From Acaryochloridaceae cyanobacterium VAR_48_metabat_390 (GTDB taxonomy: Bacteria; Cyanobacteriota; Cyanobacteriia; Thermosynechococcales; Thermosynechococcaceae): DNA of 33,662 bases. The notes below the pieces were generated by a model. The model saw nothing but the letters and a program-made list of their open reading frames with translations, was not told the origin of the DNA and made no database searches. A program made the translations under genes and the position numbers. The DNA lies in assembly GCA_031422435.1 (NCBI GenBank), contig JANPLU010000081.1:1-33662 (forward strand), read 5' to 3'. Below are positions 15,401-25,497 of this stretch, piece after piece. Every line of letters begins with the position of its first letter. Position 1 is the first letter of the stretch.

Positions 15401-16780
15401 TTAGAATTTTAAACACTGAAGCACTTCATCTGCTTGGGTAGGTAAGGCTGAGGTTAAAACTCGGCATCCAGTTTCAGTGACAAGCACATCGTCTTCAATA
15501 CGAATTCCGCATACGTCTGCAAAGTCTGCCAGTCGCTCCCAATTGACGCAGTCTGCAAAGGCCGTTCGGGTTTCGCTATTTTCTAAAATTGCAGGCACCT
15601 GATAAAACCCTGGCTCAATGGTGACAGTCATTCCTGTCTGTAAGGGACGGTTAAGACGAAGGTACTGCATCCCATAATCATGGCTGCGGACTCGACCGGA
15701 TGCATACCCTGCTAAATCTCCAAGGTCTTCCATATCATGAACATCCAACCCCAGCAGGTGCCCGATACCGTGGGGAAAGAACAGCGCATGGGCAGAACGC
15801 TCCATTAAAGTAGCCATCTCTCCTTTCAAAATACCGAGCGCAACCAAGCCCTCTGTGATGACTCTTGCCGCCTTTAAGTGAATATCGCGGTATTCAATGC
15901 CAGGTTGAATCATGGCAATACACGCATCGTGAGCGGCTAATACAATTTCATAAACTGCTCGCTGTGGGGCAGACCATTGACCGGAAACAGGCCAAGTCCG
16001 CGTTACATCTGCGGCCCAGCCCAAAGGATGCTCTGCGCCTACATCCACCAACAGTAAATCTCCAGGATTTAAACTGTGATGATAGGTCTGGCTATGCAAA
16101 ACCTCACCGTGGATGGTCACAATGCTTTGGTAGGCAGTCTCCATTTGTGCCGCCATGATCACCCTTTCCATGGTTGCTCGGACTTCAGCTTCAGTTTTGG
16201 CGCGGCGGGTTTGAGCCATTCCTGCAAGATGTGCTTTAACCGTTACGTCAGCAGCTTGCTGAAGGTTGGCGATTGCCTCATTATCCTGCACCAGCCGCAG
16301 CGCTACCAAAGCTTGGGCTAAGGCTAAATCCTGTCCTTGCAGCGCATTGGCTTCACCCAAAGGGCGACCTAACACCTGCATCTGCTGCTGACGAGTGATG
16401 AAGTTTTGCACTGGAATAGTTGCTGCGCCTGGGGCGACCTGATGCAGTGCCGCAAGGGGATAGTGTGCGTCTGCACCTAGGCAATCGGCAATATCGCGGC
16501 GCATTGGAGAAAGGCTATGCCAGAGAGCATCGGCGGGGGTGGCATCGTCCATAAACAGCGTGAGCTGTCCCCGATCAAGATAAATGACTGCATCCTGAAG
16601 GGGAACGCCAGCAAAGTACAGAAAGTGACTACTGGCACGAAAGGGATGGCGGTTCGCCGGAAAATTGCGCGCAGGTGCTGACCCACACCAGAGAAGGACG
16701 GGGGTATTGAGGCGATCGCCTAGAAATTGCCGCCGTTGTTTCAGCACTGCCACAAGCTCAGTCGTATCGTGAGGGATCAA
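15401..16780 (-). CDS. pepP: Xaa-Pro aminopeptidase (aminopeptidase P)
   Basis: M24B motifs LLVDVGAE, AADVTRTWP, HGIGHLLGLDVHD, TIEPGFY, GIRIEDD. Confidence 0.95.
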   Translation of the reverse strand: MIPHDTTELVAVLKQRRQFLGDRLNTPVLLWCGSAPARNFPANRHPFRASSHFLYFAGVPLQDAVIYLDRGQLTLFMDDATPADALWHSLSPMRRDIADCLGADAHYPLAALHQVAPGAATIPVQNFITRQQQMQVLGRPLGEANALQGQDLALAQALVALRLVQDNEAIANLQQAADVTVKAHLAGMAQTRRAKTEAEVRATMERVIMAAQMETAYQSIVTIHGEVLHSQTYHHSLNPGDLLLVDVGAEHPLGWAADVTRTWPVSGQWSAPQRAVYEIVLAAHDACIAMIQPGIEYRDIHLKAARVITEGLVALGILKGEMATLMERSAHALFFPHGIGHLLGLDVHDMEDLGDLAGYASGRVRSHDYGMQYLRLNRPLQTGMTVTIEPGFYQVPAILENSETRTAFADCVNWERLADFADVCGIRIEDDVLVTETGCRVLTSALPTQADEVLQCLKF

Positions 16781-16939
16781 CGGGAATCAACTCCACAAGT
16801 GGTTAATGAGGGGCGCATGACAGACCGCATGAGGCTTTATGCGCTGGGTTTATGGCGGTCGCGCTACAATCAAGACTGCTTGATATTGCAGGATAACTTC
16901 CTGTAATAATTGTCTTGCATTTCACTGTTGTTTTAACGA

Positions 16940-17791
16940 TTGCGCATAATGTGGCCGTTTAAATCCGCTGCTCGAAAACAAATTGCCAAAATTGAAGTCA
17001 AAGGGGCGATCGCCGGAGGCACCCGAACATCAGTTCTCAAAGCCCTCAAGACCATTGAAGAAAAACAGTATCCTGTCTTACTGCTGCGGATTGATAGCCC
17101 TGGCGGCACCGTCGTTGACTCCCACGAAATTTATAGCGCCCTCAAACGGCTCCAAAAAAAAGTCAAAATTGTCGCCAGCTTCGGCAATATTTCGGCATCC
17201 GGCGGCGTTTATATTGGCATGGGTGCCCAGCACATCATGGCAAACCCAGGCACCATTACGGGCAGCATTGGCGTAATTTTGCGGGGCAATAACCTAGAGC
17301 GGCTGCTAGAGAAAGTAGGCGTGTCTTTTAAGGTGATTAAGTCAGGTCCCTACAAAGATATTTTGGCCTTTGACCGCGAACTCACTGAACCAGAACAGCA
17401 CATTTTGCAAGACCTGATTGACACCACCTACGGACAATTTGTCCAAACCGTTGCTGAAGCCCGAAAGCTAGAGGTAGACGCAGTCAAACGCTTTGCCGAT
17501 GGACGTGTTTTTACAGGTCAACAGGCGCTTGACCTTGGGCTAGTTGATCGCCTGGGGACTGAAGAAGACGCACGGTGCTGGGCGGCAGAGCTAGCGGGTC
17601 TAGATCCAGATAAAGTTAAGTGCATAGACATTGAAGATCCCAAGCCGTTTTGGAATCGTTTTATCCCAGGGAACCAGAGCGCTAAGACTTTAGGTCTTGC
17701 ACTTCCCGTTGAGATGCAAACTTGGCTTAACTTTGAAATGGCCTCTAATGGACTGCCCTTGTGGATGTATCACCCATCTGGACGCCTATAA
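16940..17791 (+). CDS. sppA: Signal peptide peptidase SppA (short type)
   Basis: LRIDSPGG, SASGGVY, TGSIGV, KSGPYKD, DGRVFTG; start may be the ATG at 16949. Confidence 0.93.
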   Translation: MRIMWPFKSAARKQIAKIEVKGAIAGGTRTSVLKALKTIEEKQYPVLLLRIDSPGGTVVDSHEIYSALKRLQKKVKIVASFGNISASGGVYIGMGAQHIMANPGTITGSIGVILRGNNLERLLEKVGVSFKVIKSGPYKDILAFDRELTEPEQHILQDLIDTTYGQFVQTVAEARKLEVDAVKRFADGRVFTGQQALDLGLVDRLGTEEDARCWAAELAGLDPDKVKCIDIEDPKPFWNRFIPGNQSAKTLGLALPVEMQTWLNFEMASNGLPLWMYHPSGRL

Positions 17792-17906
17792 ATAGGACGG
17801 CTGTAAAATAGACCCTGAACCGCCCCCCGTAAGATGTCAAGTTTGCTAACAGGATGCAGATAGCGGCTTTATTCTGGGGCATGATGAACCTAAGGAGGAT
17901 GCTGTA

Positions 17907-18311
17907 GTGACCTGGAAAGTAAAGGCAATTCGTGGGGCAACCACTGCCACTGAAAATTCAATGGCGGCAATTCGAGAGGTCGTTCACGAACTCCTCGATG
18001 AGATTGAGGCGCGTAATGACTTAGATCTGTCTGAAGTGGTAAACGTGACGTTTTCCGTTACGCGAGACTTAGATAGGGTTTTTCCGGCGGCGATCGCCCG
18101 TCAGCGTCCCCATTGGCAAAGTGTGCCACTACTAGATGTACAGCAGATGTACGTTGTAACCGATCTGCCCTACTGTATTCGGTGCTTGATTCAGTTCAAT
18201 ACCCCAGACCCTGCCCTTGAAGTTCAGCATGTTTATCTGCGACAGGCCAAAACCTTAAGACCCGATCGCAGCCTTTCAGAAGCGAGTCTCAGTGCCGCCA
18301 CAGCAGGGTAG
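17907..18311 (+). CDS. aroH: Chorismate mutase, AroH type
   Basis: AIRGATT, FPAAIAR, VPLLDVQQM, HVYLRQAKTLRPD; AAGGAGG RBS. Confidence 0.95.
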   Translation: MTWKVKAIRGATTATENSMAAIREVVHELLDEIEARNDLDLSEVVNVTFSVTRDLDRVFPAAIARQRPHWQSVPLLDVQQMYVVTDLPYCIRCLIQFNTPDPALEVQHVYLRQAKTLRPDRSLSEASLSAATAG

Positions 18312-18365
18312 CGTTTCGCGTTAGATACATTAGCAGCCTTTTTTATTAGTACCTGGAGAAAATTT

Positions 18366-18851
18366 ATGTCCATCACAACTTCGCTCGTGAAGGATTTTAT
18401 GACTCCTAACCCTGTAGTAATTCAGCCCACAGAATCAGTCGAAGCGGCAATTCAGCTTATGGAAGAGCGTCGCATCAGCGGACTGCCCGTCACAGACGAT
18501 CAGGGAAAGGTCGTTGGCATTCTGTCAGAAGGCGATTTGCTGGTCAGAGAGTCGCCCGTGCAGCCGCCGCTTTATATGACCCTGCTGGGCAGCATTATTT
18601 ATTTTGAGTCGCCACTACACTTCCATCAGCACATGAAGAAGGCATTGGGCATGTTTGTCCAAGATGCCATGACGGAAAACCCAGTTACCATAAGCCCTAA
18701 CGCACTTTTAGCAGATGCCGCTCATCTCATGCTAGAGAAGAAGGTAAATCGTCTGCCCGTGGTGGATGAGCATCAAAAGCTGGTGGGTATTCTCACCCGT
18801 CACGATTTACTTTTTGCGCTAAAGCCTCAGACTGAGGTCAAAAATATCTAA
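18366..18851 (+). CDS. CBS domain-containing protein
   Basis: Two CBS repeats (ISGLPV...VGILSEGD; VNRLPV...VGILTRHD). Confidence 0.92.
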   Translation: MSITTSLVKDFMTPNPVVIQPTESVEAAIQLMEERRISGLPVTDDQGKVVGILSEGDLLVRESPVQPPLYMTLLGSIIYFESPLHFHQHMKKALGMFVQDAMTENPVTISPNALLADAAHLMLEKKVNRLPVVDEHQKLVGILTRHDLLFALKPQTEVKNI

Positions 18852-19207
18852 CCCAAAGAATTTTCAAGGGTACTTTTAATGAGATTCCAGCCCTTGTTAT
18901 CGGCGATCGCCTGATTTAATTTTTCATACATTTGATAACAGTGGTTGTTAGCCTGAAGGGGCAATTCCTCATTTTTAACCACTACGTTGAGATGCGTGGT
19001 TTCTTGGGTGGCGCGGGTACTGTCTACTAAAATTTCAACGGTCACAAGCCTAGAAAATGGAATGTTTCCAGGCATTTCTCTCGCGATCACAAAATCTTCT
19101 TTGAAATAGAGAACTTCAAAGCTACAGACTTTCAACACCTCTTTGACTTGCTCGTAGAATTGGCTGAGGGGAACAGCCACGGTTAAATCATGCGTGTATC
19201 GAGCCAT
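18848..19207 (-). CDS. Conserved cyanobacterial hypothetical protein
   Basis: MARYT start; LVTVEILVD and KNEELPL...NHC motifs. Confidence 0.8.
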   Translation of the reverse strand: MARYTHDLTVAVPLSQFYEQVKEVLKVCSFEVLYFKEDFVIAREMPGNIPFSRLVTVEILVDSTRATQETTHLNVVVKNEELPLQANNHCYQMYEKLNQAIADNKGWNLIKSTLENSLG

Positions 19208-19288
19208 ACTCAAACTTTGAGTTAAAAACACCATCCATTGTGCCTATGATACTCAATATTGATCGGCGTTTTATATTTTGAGGCAGAG

Positions 19289-20017
19289 ATGGACACGCGA
19301 AGGGGACGGTTCATCGTTTTTGAAGGGACAGAAGGCGCAGGTAAATCAACCCAACTGAAGCGTTTACAGCAGTGGTTGGCAGACAGCGGGTGGCTTCACC
19401 ATTTACAGCAGTCTTTGCCGCCAGAGGTATCGCCTATGCTGGTCACGCGAGAGCCAGGGGGCACTGACTTAGGCCAGCGACTGCGACTGCTTTTACTAGA
19501 TAGTTCGCTTACTGAAGCGCAAGGGCTACCCAGTATTACAGAACTGCTGCTGTATGCCGCCGATCGCGCTCAGCATGTCCATACCACCCTCAAGCCTGCT
19601 CTAGAGAAAGGTACGCTGATTTTGTGCGATCGCTATACTGCCTCTACGGTGGCCTATCAAGGCTATGGTCGAGCATTGGATCTCGCTCTGATTGAGCAGC
19701 TTAATGCGATCGCCACCTCTGAACTAACCCCCGATCTAACCCTTTGGTTAGACTTAGATGTTGAGAAAGGCTTACATCGCGCACGTCAGCGTCAGCCTGA
19801 AGTGCCAGAGCTAGCGGGGGAAGATCGCATGGAAGCCGCTGACTTGGCCTTTCATCAACGGGTGCAGCAGGGCTTTGCCGCCCAAGCAGAAGCGAACCCT
19901 CAGCAAATGGTTCGGATTGAGGCAGGCGTTTCAGAAGACCAGGTGGCAGCACAAATTCAAACGGTGATGGAGCGTAAGCTACAGCAATGGCATCCACGGC
20001 CTTTAACGACCTTATAG
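19289..20017 (+). CDS. tmk: Thymidylate kinase
   Basis: FIVFEGTEGAGKST, TREPGGT, LLYAADRAQH, CDRY, AYQG. Confidence 0.96.
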   Translation: MDTRRGRFIVFEGTEGAGKSTQLKRLQQWLADSGWLHHLQQSLPPEVSPMLVTREPGGTDLGQRLRLLLLDSSLTEAQGLPSITELLLYAADRAQHVHTTLKPALEKGTLILCDRYTASTVAYQGYGRALDLALIEQLNAIATSELTPDLTLWLDLDVEKGLHRARQRQPEVPELAGEDRMEAADLAFHQRVQQGFAAQAEANPQQMVRIEAGVSEDQVAAQIQTVMERKLQQWHPRPLTTL

Positions 20018-20922
20018 AGCAAACCCAGGCCGCTGAGCTTCTGACGCAGGCCATTGAGCGCGATCGCATTGCACCCGCCTACCTGTTTGTCGGGCCAGAT
20101 GGCGTGGGGCGCAAACGAGCCGCTCGTCTATTCTTAGATGCCTTACTGGAGCAGTCGCCTTCAGCCAAAGGACGCGCCTCTCAAGACAACCATCCCGATA
20201 TTTTGTGGGTAGAGCCAACCTATCAACATCAGGGTAAAGCCATTAGTGCTGCGGCGCTAATTGAAAAAGGCGTTGCGCTGCCCAAGGGTCGCCCTCAAGT
20301 GCGCCTAGAACAAATCCGCAGGATCACTCGATTCGTCAGCCAAGCGCCCATGGAATCACCGCGTTTGCTCGTCATTTTAGATGAAGCACAAACCATGGGG
20401 GAATCTGCCGCCAATGGGCTGCTCAAGACATTAGAAGAGCCTGGGCACTGCACATTGATTTTAATTGCCCCCAGCGTAGACTCCCTTTTGCCGACGATTG
20501 TGTCGCGGTGCCAGCGCATTCCATTTCGTCGGTTGAGCGCCGAGGGCTTGAGTACGGTCTTACAAAGCCTAGAGCTACACGAGATTTTAGCCCATCGCCC
20601 CATCTTAACCATGGCGCAGGGCAGCCCAGGCCGAGCCATCCAGTATTGGGAAAAATTACAGGCTATTCCGGCTGACGTTTTAGCAGCCTGCCAAACTCCT
20701 CCCACCACTGCCAGCAGTTGCTTAACCTTGGCACGAGACATTGATAAAGCCCTGGAACTTGAGTTTCAGCTTTGGCTACTCGATTACCTCCAGCAGCAAT
20801 ACTGGGGCGCAGGTTTAGCGGCCTCGCTTGCGCCCTTAGAGCAGGCAAAGACGCATCTGATACAGTATGTACAACCTCAACTGGTTTGGGAGGTCACGTT
20901 ATTAAAGCTGGCAAACCTTTAA
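19987..20922 (+). CDS. holB: DNA polymerase III subunit delta'
   Basis: AYLFVGPDGVGR, NHPD, ANGLLKTLEEP, TIVSRCQ; conserved tmk-holB order. Confidence 0.95.
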   Translation: MASTAFNDLIEQTQAAELLTQAIERDRIAPAYLFVGPDGVGRKRAARLFLDALLEQSPSAKGRASQDNHPDILWVEPTYQHQGKAISAAALIEKGVALPKGRPQVRLEQIRRITRFVSQAPMESPRLLVILDEAQTMGESAANGLLKTLEEPGHCTLILIAPSVDSLLPTIVSRCQRIPFRRLSAEGLSTVLQSLELHEILAHRPILTMAQGSPGRAIQYWEKLQAIPADVLAACQTPPTTASSCLTLARDIDKALELEFQLWLLDYLQQQYWGAGLAASLAPLEQAKTHLIQYVQPQLVWEVTLLKLANL

Positions 20923-20960
20923 GTCAAAGAGGGTTTTTACATAAATCTCTATCAAAGGGC

Positions 20961-20989
20961 TTGCCAAGACCTCACTAGTCCGTTACGAT
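20961..20989 (+). promoter_or_regulatory. Sigma70-type promoter of tRNA-Phe
   Basis: TTGCCA-N17-TACGAT ending 21 nt before the tRNA. Confidence 0.65.
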
Positions 20990-21010
20990 AGGGAAGCTAA
21001 AATTCAATCC

Positions 21011-21083
<73 letters not shown>

Positions 21084-21115
21084 TTCGTTAACAGTCAATA
21101 TTGATCAAAGCAATA

Positions 21116-21150
21116 GCTGCGCTCGAACTCTACATTAGTTTGAGCGCAGC
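21116..21150. terminator. Hairpin between convergent tRNA-Phe and nblA
   Basis: gctgcgctcgaact/agtttgagcgcagc 14-bp stem. Confidence 0.7.
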
Positions 21151-21170
21151 CATTATTTCTTTATTCTTAA

Positions 21171-21347
21171 TCACGCCGGAAACATTTCGCTTTTTGCCAT
21201 CGCTCTCACGGCATTGTCTTTCATCATAATGATTTGAGACAGATGAATGATTATTTCTTTCATCTGCTGCGAATCCATGCGCTCAATGGAATTCTCGACC
21301 AATCTCATCTGAAACTGCTGCTCTAATGTCAAGTTGGAGTTTTCCAT
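21171..21347 (-). CDS. nblA: Phycobilisome degradation protein NblA family (58 aa, not in ORF track)
   Basis: Manual translation MENSNLTLEQQFQMRLVENSIERMDSQQMKEIIIHLSQIIMMKDNAVRAMAKSEMFPA, with the LTLEQQF and M-KDN signatures. Confidence 0.88.
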   Translation of the reverse strand: MENSNLTLEQQFQMRLVENSIERMDSQQMKEIIIHLSQIIMMKDNAVRAMAKSEMFPA

Positions 21348-21394
21348 GGTGTAACCGAGAAACTAATTTTGCTTTTCTCTACCTTATGTTGAAC

Positions 21395-21425
21395 ATCATA
21401 GCAAACTTTTGTTAAATATTGTTAC
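21395..21425 (-). promoter_or_regulatory. nblA promoter with HLR1-like direct repeat
   Basis: Minus strand gtaacaat-at-ttaacaaa just upstream of the extended -10 TGcTATGAT. Confidence 0.45.
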
Positions 21426-21507
21426 TTTTGCAGGCGAGCAAGGTTTTGTCCAGGCTCTTAGCTAGGGATTATTGGATTTCTGCGAAATTTTAGGAATGAT
21501 GAGAAGC

Positions 21508-22662
21508 CTATGAAAAGGGGACTTTAGAGAGTTTGTCTGTCTCTGAAGCAGTCGGCACAATTTCAATCGTGGTTTCAGGCTCTGGTAAGGGGGTCATTTG
21601 CGATCGCAGATTCATGAGGCTGGTCTTAGCCACCACCGCCATCGGCACCGCTACCACCACGCCCACCAGTCCTCCAGTTTTTGCGCCCACCAGTACAGAA
21701 ATAAAGACCCAAACGGGATTTAGCCCCGTTACGCTGCCCAAAACACGCGGAGCCACCAGATTTTCGAGTACCTGCTGCACAATTGCCGCCGCAATCAGAA
21801 CCTTTAGCCCCAGCCAAATATTTTGGAGCGCCACCAGCAGCGTGACCGAAATAATGCCCACCGTCCCACCAAAGGGAATGAGCGCCATGGTGCCGATGGT
21901 AAGGCCAAATAAGAGGCCGAAGGGCACCTTTAGCACCAAGAAAGTAGGAATCAGCGCGAAGGCCATGCAGCTACCTAAGATGAGCTGCCCAATGAAGTAG
22001 TTTTGAAAACTTAGGCGCAATAAATTAGAGACGCTCTTACGTCTAGATGGCGGCAGCCACTCAATTAGGCTTTCCCATAGTTCGTCGCCGTGCTGCAAGA
22101 GGTAAAACGTAAGAATTGTCGTGATGAGAATTGCAATAGCGGATTCAAACAGGCTGCTGACGGTGCCTAGGGTCAGATTCACGAGGCTTTTGGTGAGGGA
22201 TTGAATTTGCCCCTGAAGTCGATCTACAAACTGCGCGGTCATGCCGTCTAGGTTGAGATGAATGCCGCGCTCTTCGGCTTCCATGCCCAGCACAATGAGC
22301 TGCTGACGACCAGACTCAATCCAGTCCGGCAGGCGTACCGCTAACTGCTGCACCTGAGCATAGGCGAGGGGAAACAGCGTGATGCCTAGCCCCAACAGCA
22401 CTGAAAGCGCCAGCAAAAAGATAATGATAGAAGCCGGTTCGCGCTTAAGGTTGCGGTCTACGCACCAGCTCACTGGGTAGTTCAGCAAAAAGGCCAGCAG
22501 TGAAGCGACGATGATGATACCGATGAGTGCGCCAAAAAACTTTGAAATGGACGCCACCGCCCAGAAGTTCAGCACTAGGATAGGCGCTGATAACCCTATC
22601 ATCAGAAGCCTCGCGGGAACCGTGAGCTGGTGCCACCACTGAAAATAGCTGGATCGATTCAT
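21508..22662 (-). CDS. AI-2E family (PerM-like) transporter
   Basis: Multiple TM helices; LAFLLNYPV, ENLVAPRVLGSVTGLNPVWV; start 22662 or 22680. Confidence 0.9.
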   Translation of the reverse strand: MNRSSYFQWWHQLTVPARLLMIGLSAPILVLNFWAVASISKFFGALIGIIIVASLLAFLLNYPVSWCVDRNLKREPASIIIFLLALSVLLGLGITLFPLAYAQVQQLAVRLPDWIESGRQQLIVLGMEAEERGIHLNLDGMTAQFVDRLQGQIQSLTKSLVNLTLGTVSSLFESAIAILITTILTFYLLQHGDELWESLIEWLPPSRRKSVSNLLRLSFQNYFIGQLILGSCMAFALIPTFLVLKVPFGLLFGLTIGTMALIPFGGTVGIISVTLLVALQNIWLGLKVLIAAAIVQQVLENLVAPRVLGSVTGLNPVWVFISVLVGAKTGGLVGVVVAVPMAVVAKTSLMNLRSQMTPLPEPETTIEIVPTASETDKLSKVPFS

Positions 22663-22960
22663 GGGTCTGCCCTTATGCATTCAGACAGTGTATGGCTTTT
22701 GAAGCAACGAGCGTTTAATGATAAAAAACGATTAAATCTTAAACCAACGCCGTAACGAGAACGCCGTATGAAAGATGTCACCATTGTATCCACCATTTTA
22801 CGACCTCGTTGGAGCGGTCTTTGCTACTCCAAAGTGGGGAACTTTTAGATAACCTCCGGTTTTTAGGGGCAAATGGTTTCCATTTCGGTAACTTTGCAAA
22901 TGCAGTCGCTAGGTTTGTGCGATGTTCTAAAGAACACTAAAGTCTTAAAATTACTGAACC

Positions 22961-23755
22961 ATGAAAGACAAATCGCTGAATTCTGTAGCCCCAGCTCCAA
23001 AAGCGCTCCTGTGGAAACGGTGGTCAATTGCGGCGATCGCCACTTTCTGCACCCTAGGAACCACAGGGATTAGCATGACCGCCTTGCCCGTCCTAGCGCA
23101 ATCGCGTCTCCCTCAGCCTACTCAGGAACGAATGCTGCGTACACTCACCGTCACAGGTCAAGGCATCGAAAAAATTCCGTCAACCTTGGCTCTAGTTCAG
23201 CTTGGTGTTGAGGCTCAGGGCAAAACTGCCCAGCAGGTGCAGCAAGAAGTTGCCAGACGATCTAGTGCAGTAGTAGCCTTGCTCAAGTCTCGTAGCGTCG
23301 ATAAGCTGCAAACCACGGGCATTAACCTCAACCCACAATACAACTACGACAACGGCAAACAAACCCTGACGGGCTACCAGGCCAGCAACACCGTCAGCTT
23401 TCGCGTCCCGACCGGACAAGCTGGCGTGATTATGGATGATGCGGTTAAAGCAGGAGCCAGCAAGATTGACAGCGTTTCTTTTGCAGCGACAGATCAGGCG
23501 ATCGCCGATGCCCAAAAAGTAGCCCTTCGCAAAGCAACCCAAGATGCTCAAGAACAGGCCAAGACAGTACTAAGCGTACTCGGCTTTGCACCTAAAGACA
23601 TTGTCAGTATTCAGGTTAATGGAGCGAATACGCCAGCGCCCAGACCCTACCCTATGGCGCTGTCAATGGCTAAAAGTGCAGATGAAGCCTCCACTCCCGT
23701 TGAGGCTGGAGAGCAGTCAGTCCAGGCTTCCGTTACGCTTCAAATTAGCTATTAG
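22961..23755 (+). CDS. SIMPL domain (DUF541) periplasmic protein
   Basis: Signal peptide; TLTVTGQG, GYQASNTVSF, PVEAGEQSVQASV. Confidence 0.9.
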   Translation: MKDKSLNSVAPAPKALLWKRWSIAAIATFCTLGTTGISMTALPVLAQSRLPQPTQERMLRTLTVTGQGIEKIPSTLALVQLGVEAQGKTAQQVQQEVARRSSAVVALLKSRSVDKLQTTGINLNPQYNYDNGKQTLTGYQASNTVSFRVPTGQAGVIMDDAVKAGASKIDSVSFAATDQAIADAQKVALRKATQDAQEQAKTVLSVLGFAPKDIVSIQVNGANTPAPRPYPMALSMAKSADEASTPVEAGEQSVQASVTLQISY

Positions 23756-23834
23756 GTTTATTTAAAACGCCCAAATATTTTGAGGGGCGCAAGGTATGTG
23801 CCCCTACACGCAGTAACTTGGGTCTAGAAATAGT

Positions 23835-24203
23835 TTAAAACTCGCCCATGTTGCTCGGTGCGTTTGCAGCTCCGGCCTCATTGTCTCGCTTAGATCCCAG
23901 CAAATCGAGGCGATCAACACGCACCACGGGCTGATTGCGATCCATTCCCGTGCTGCGATCTTTCCAGTGGTCAAACTTGAGGGAACCCGTAATGCCTACT
24001 AGGCTGCCTTTGCGCACGTACTGGGCGGCAACTTCGGCATTTTTGCCCCATAGCTCCAAATTAAACCAGTCAGGCTGATCATTGTTGCGAGTGCGGCGAT
24101 CTACTGCGAGCGTTAACTTACAAACTACGCTGCCAGATTCAAAATAGCGCACGTCGGGTTCTGTCCCAACGCGACCGACTAAGCTAACTACATTTAAACT
24201 CAT
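23835..24203 (-). CDS. ssb: Single-stranded DNA-binding protein
   Basis: LNVVSLVGRVG...PDWFNLELWGK...KGSLVGITGSL; C-terminal EF. Confidence 0.96.
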   Translation of the reverse strand: MSLNVVSLVGRVGTEPDVRYFESGSVVCKLTLAVDRRTRNNDQPDWFNLELWGKNAEVAAQYVRKGSLVGITGSLKFDHWKDRSTGMDRNQPVVRVDRLDLLGSKRDNEAGAANAPSNMGEF

Positions 24204-24389
24204 ACCTACCTGACCTAGATTACGCGCTAGATTTTACGCACAATTTCCTCCCTATCCTAAACTAAGGTTTGTCTCTAGGCGTGAATGTGGTGCTGTGTTT
24301 ACCAGAACAAGCCTCAATTTTCAGATTTTGTGAGAATTTGTCTGAAAAATACGCACGTTTGAAACCCAAAGGAACCTTGCTCTCAGCTC

Positions 24390-24677
24390 TTAGTTGAGAC
24401 GTGATGCGTCTGGCTCTAAAGTCCAGATGGCATACGCTTTAGGAGTTTGGGTAATAACACCATCATTGCCATTGTCATAAAGTCTGCCTACGATATCTAA
24501 GGCTTTATTGCGATCTGAGACAGTCTTAAAAAAGCTGTAGAGCTGAGAACCAAAGGCGATCGCCGCCAGTCGCTCTTGGGTATCGCCGATCTGAATATGG
24601 CAGGTTTGATAGTCTTCCTTAGTCAAGAACAGCTTGCGTTTCATGGCTGGCTCGTGGGACTGAAGAACTAAATTCAT
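24390..24677 (-). CDS. Conserved cyanobacterial hypothetical protein
   Basis: YQTCHI...AIAF...YSFFK...ITQTPKAYAIW pattern; AAGGA RBS before the ATG at 24677. Confidence 0.7.
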   Translation of the reverse strand: MNLVLQSHEPAMKRKLFLTKEDYQTCHIQIGDTQERLAAIAFGSQLYSFFKTVSDRNKALDIVGRLYDNGNDGVITQTPKAYAIWTLEPDASRLN

Positions 24678-24984
24678 GGCTTCCTTTATTTTGCTTGCTT
24701 TGCTGCTGTGACTTAGACCCAATGGAGCGCGGAAGCAGCTATGCGGCAGCGTGGCTTCTCTATTAAGATATGTAACTTATTTTCATTTGAACACCGTATT
24801 TTTGCTGAGATAACCGCCGTTCTAAGGTTTTAGGCTTAAGGAAAGGTCACGTGCCGAAGGGTTTCAAGGTGTGACATTTAGACCGCGATCGCCCATACTG
24901 AAAGGTAGTAGCACACCACAGTTAGGTGATTCTGTGGAGTAATGCCGTGGCAATTTGAGCCGTTTTTTACTGTTTTGATGACCC

Positions 24985-25314
24985 GTGGCACAAATCCGAA
25001 TTGTTGAGAACTTTGACACTCGCTTTACCCTTAGCCCTGAAGCGAAGGCTGCCCTGTTTGAACTTTTGCGGGGTAAAGTATTTTTAGGGCAGCTCACAGC
25101 GCAGCTTCAGTGCAAAAACGTTGAGTTTACTGAACTGCTTTTTCAGCCTGTGCCCTATAGTGCCAGTACCCCCAAAGGAATGCCGTTAGAGTTTGAGCCA
25201 TATTTTGAATCTACCGATCACGCTATTGTGAATGTGCCGCCTAACTTTATGTTTAAGGCAAAGGTATTCAGCCCCAGCCGACTCTGTGCGGTTTATCGGC
25301 TCCTCCATGCGTAA
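24985..25314 (+). CDS. Hypothetical protein
   Basis: 109-aa ORF with plausible composition; no function recognised. Confidence 0.7.
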   Translation: MAQIRIVENFDTRFTLSPEAKAALFELLRGKVFLGQLTAQLQCKNVEFTELLFQPVPYSASTPKGMPLEFEPYFESTDHAIVNVPPNFMFKAKVFSPSRLCAVYRLLHA

Positions 25315-25497
25315 TGACGGTTTTTGTCTTGGCCTCAAGTGTATTGGGTAATCTAAAAAAGGTACATTGCTGATAAGTCTGTCGTTTTGAACTCGGTTTT
25401 CGCCTTAAAACTAGGGCTTAAACAGGGTTTAAATTGACAGACCTTCAATTTTCGAGTCAATATTGAGATGTGTAACATTACTTAAAGGCAAGCCAAA

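Noticed and set aside
23835..24203. ssb as part of the putative ssDNA system
   Set aside because: Typical cyanobacterial chromosomal SSB among core genes, 11 kb from the element.
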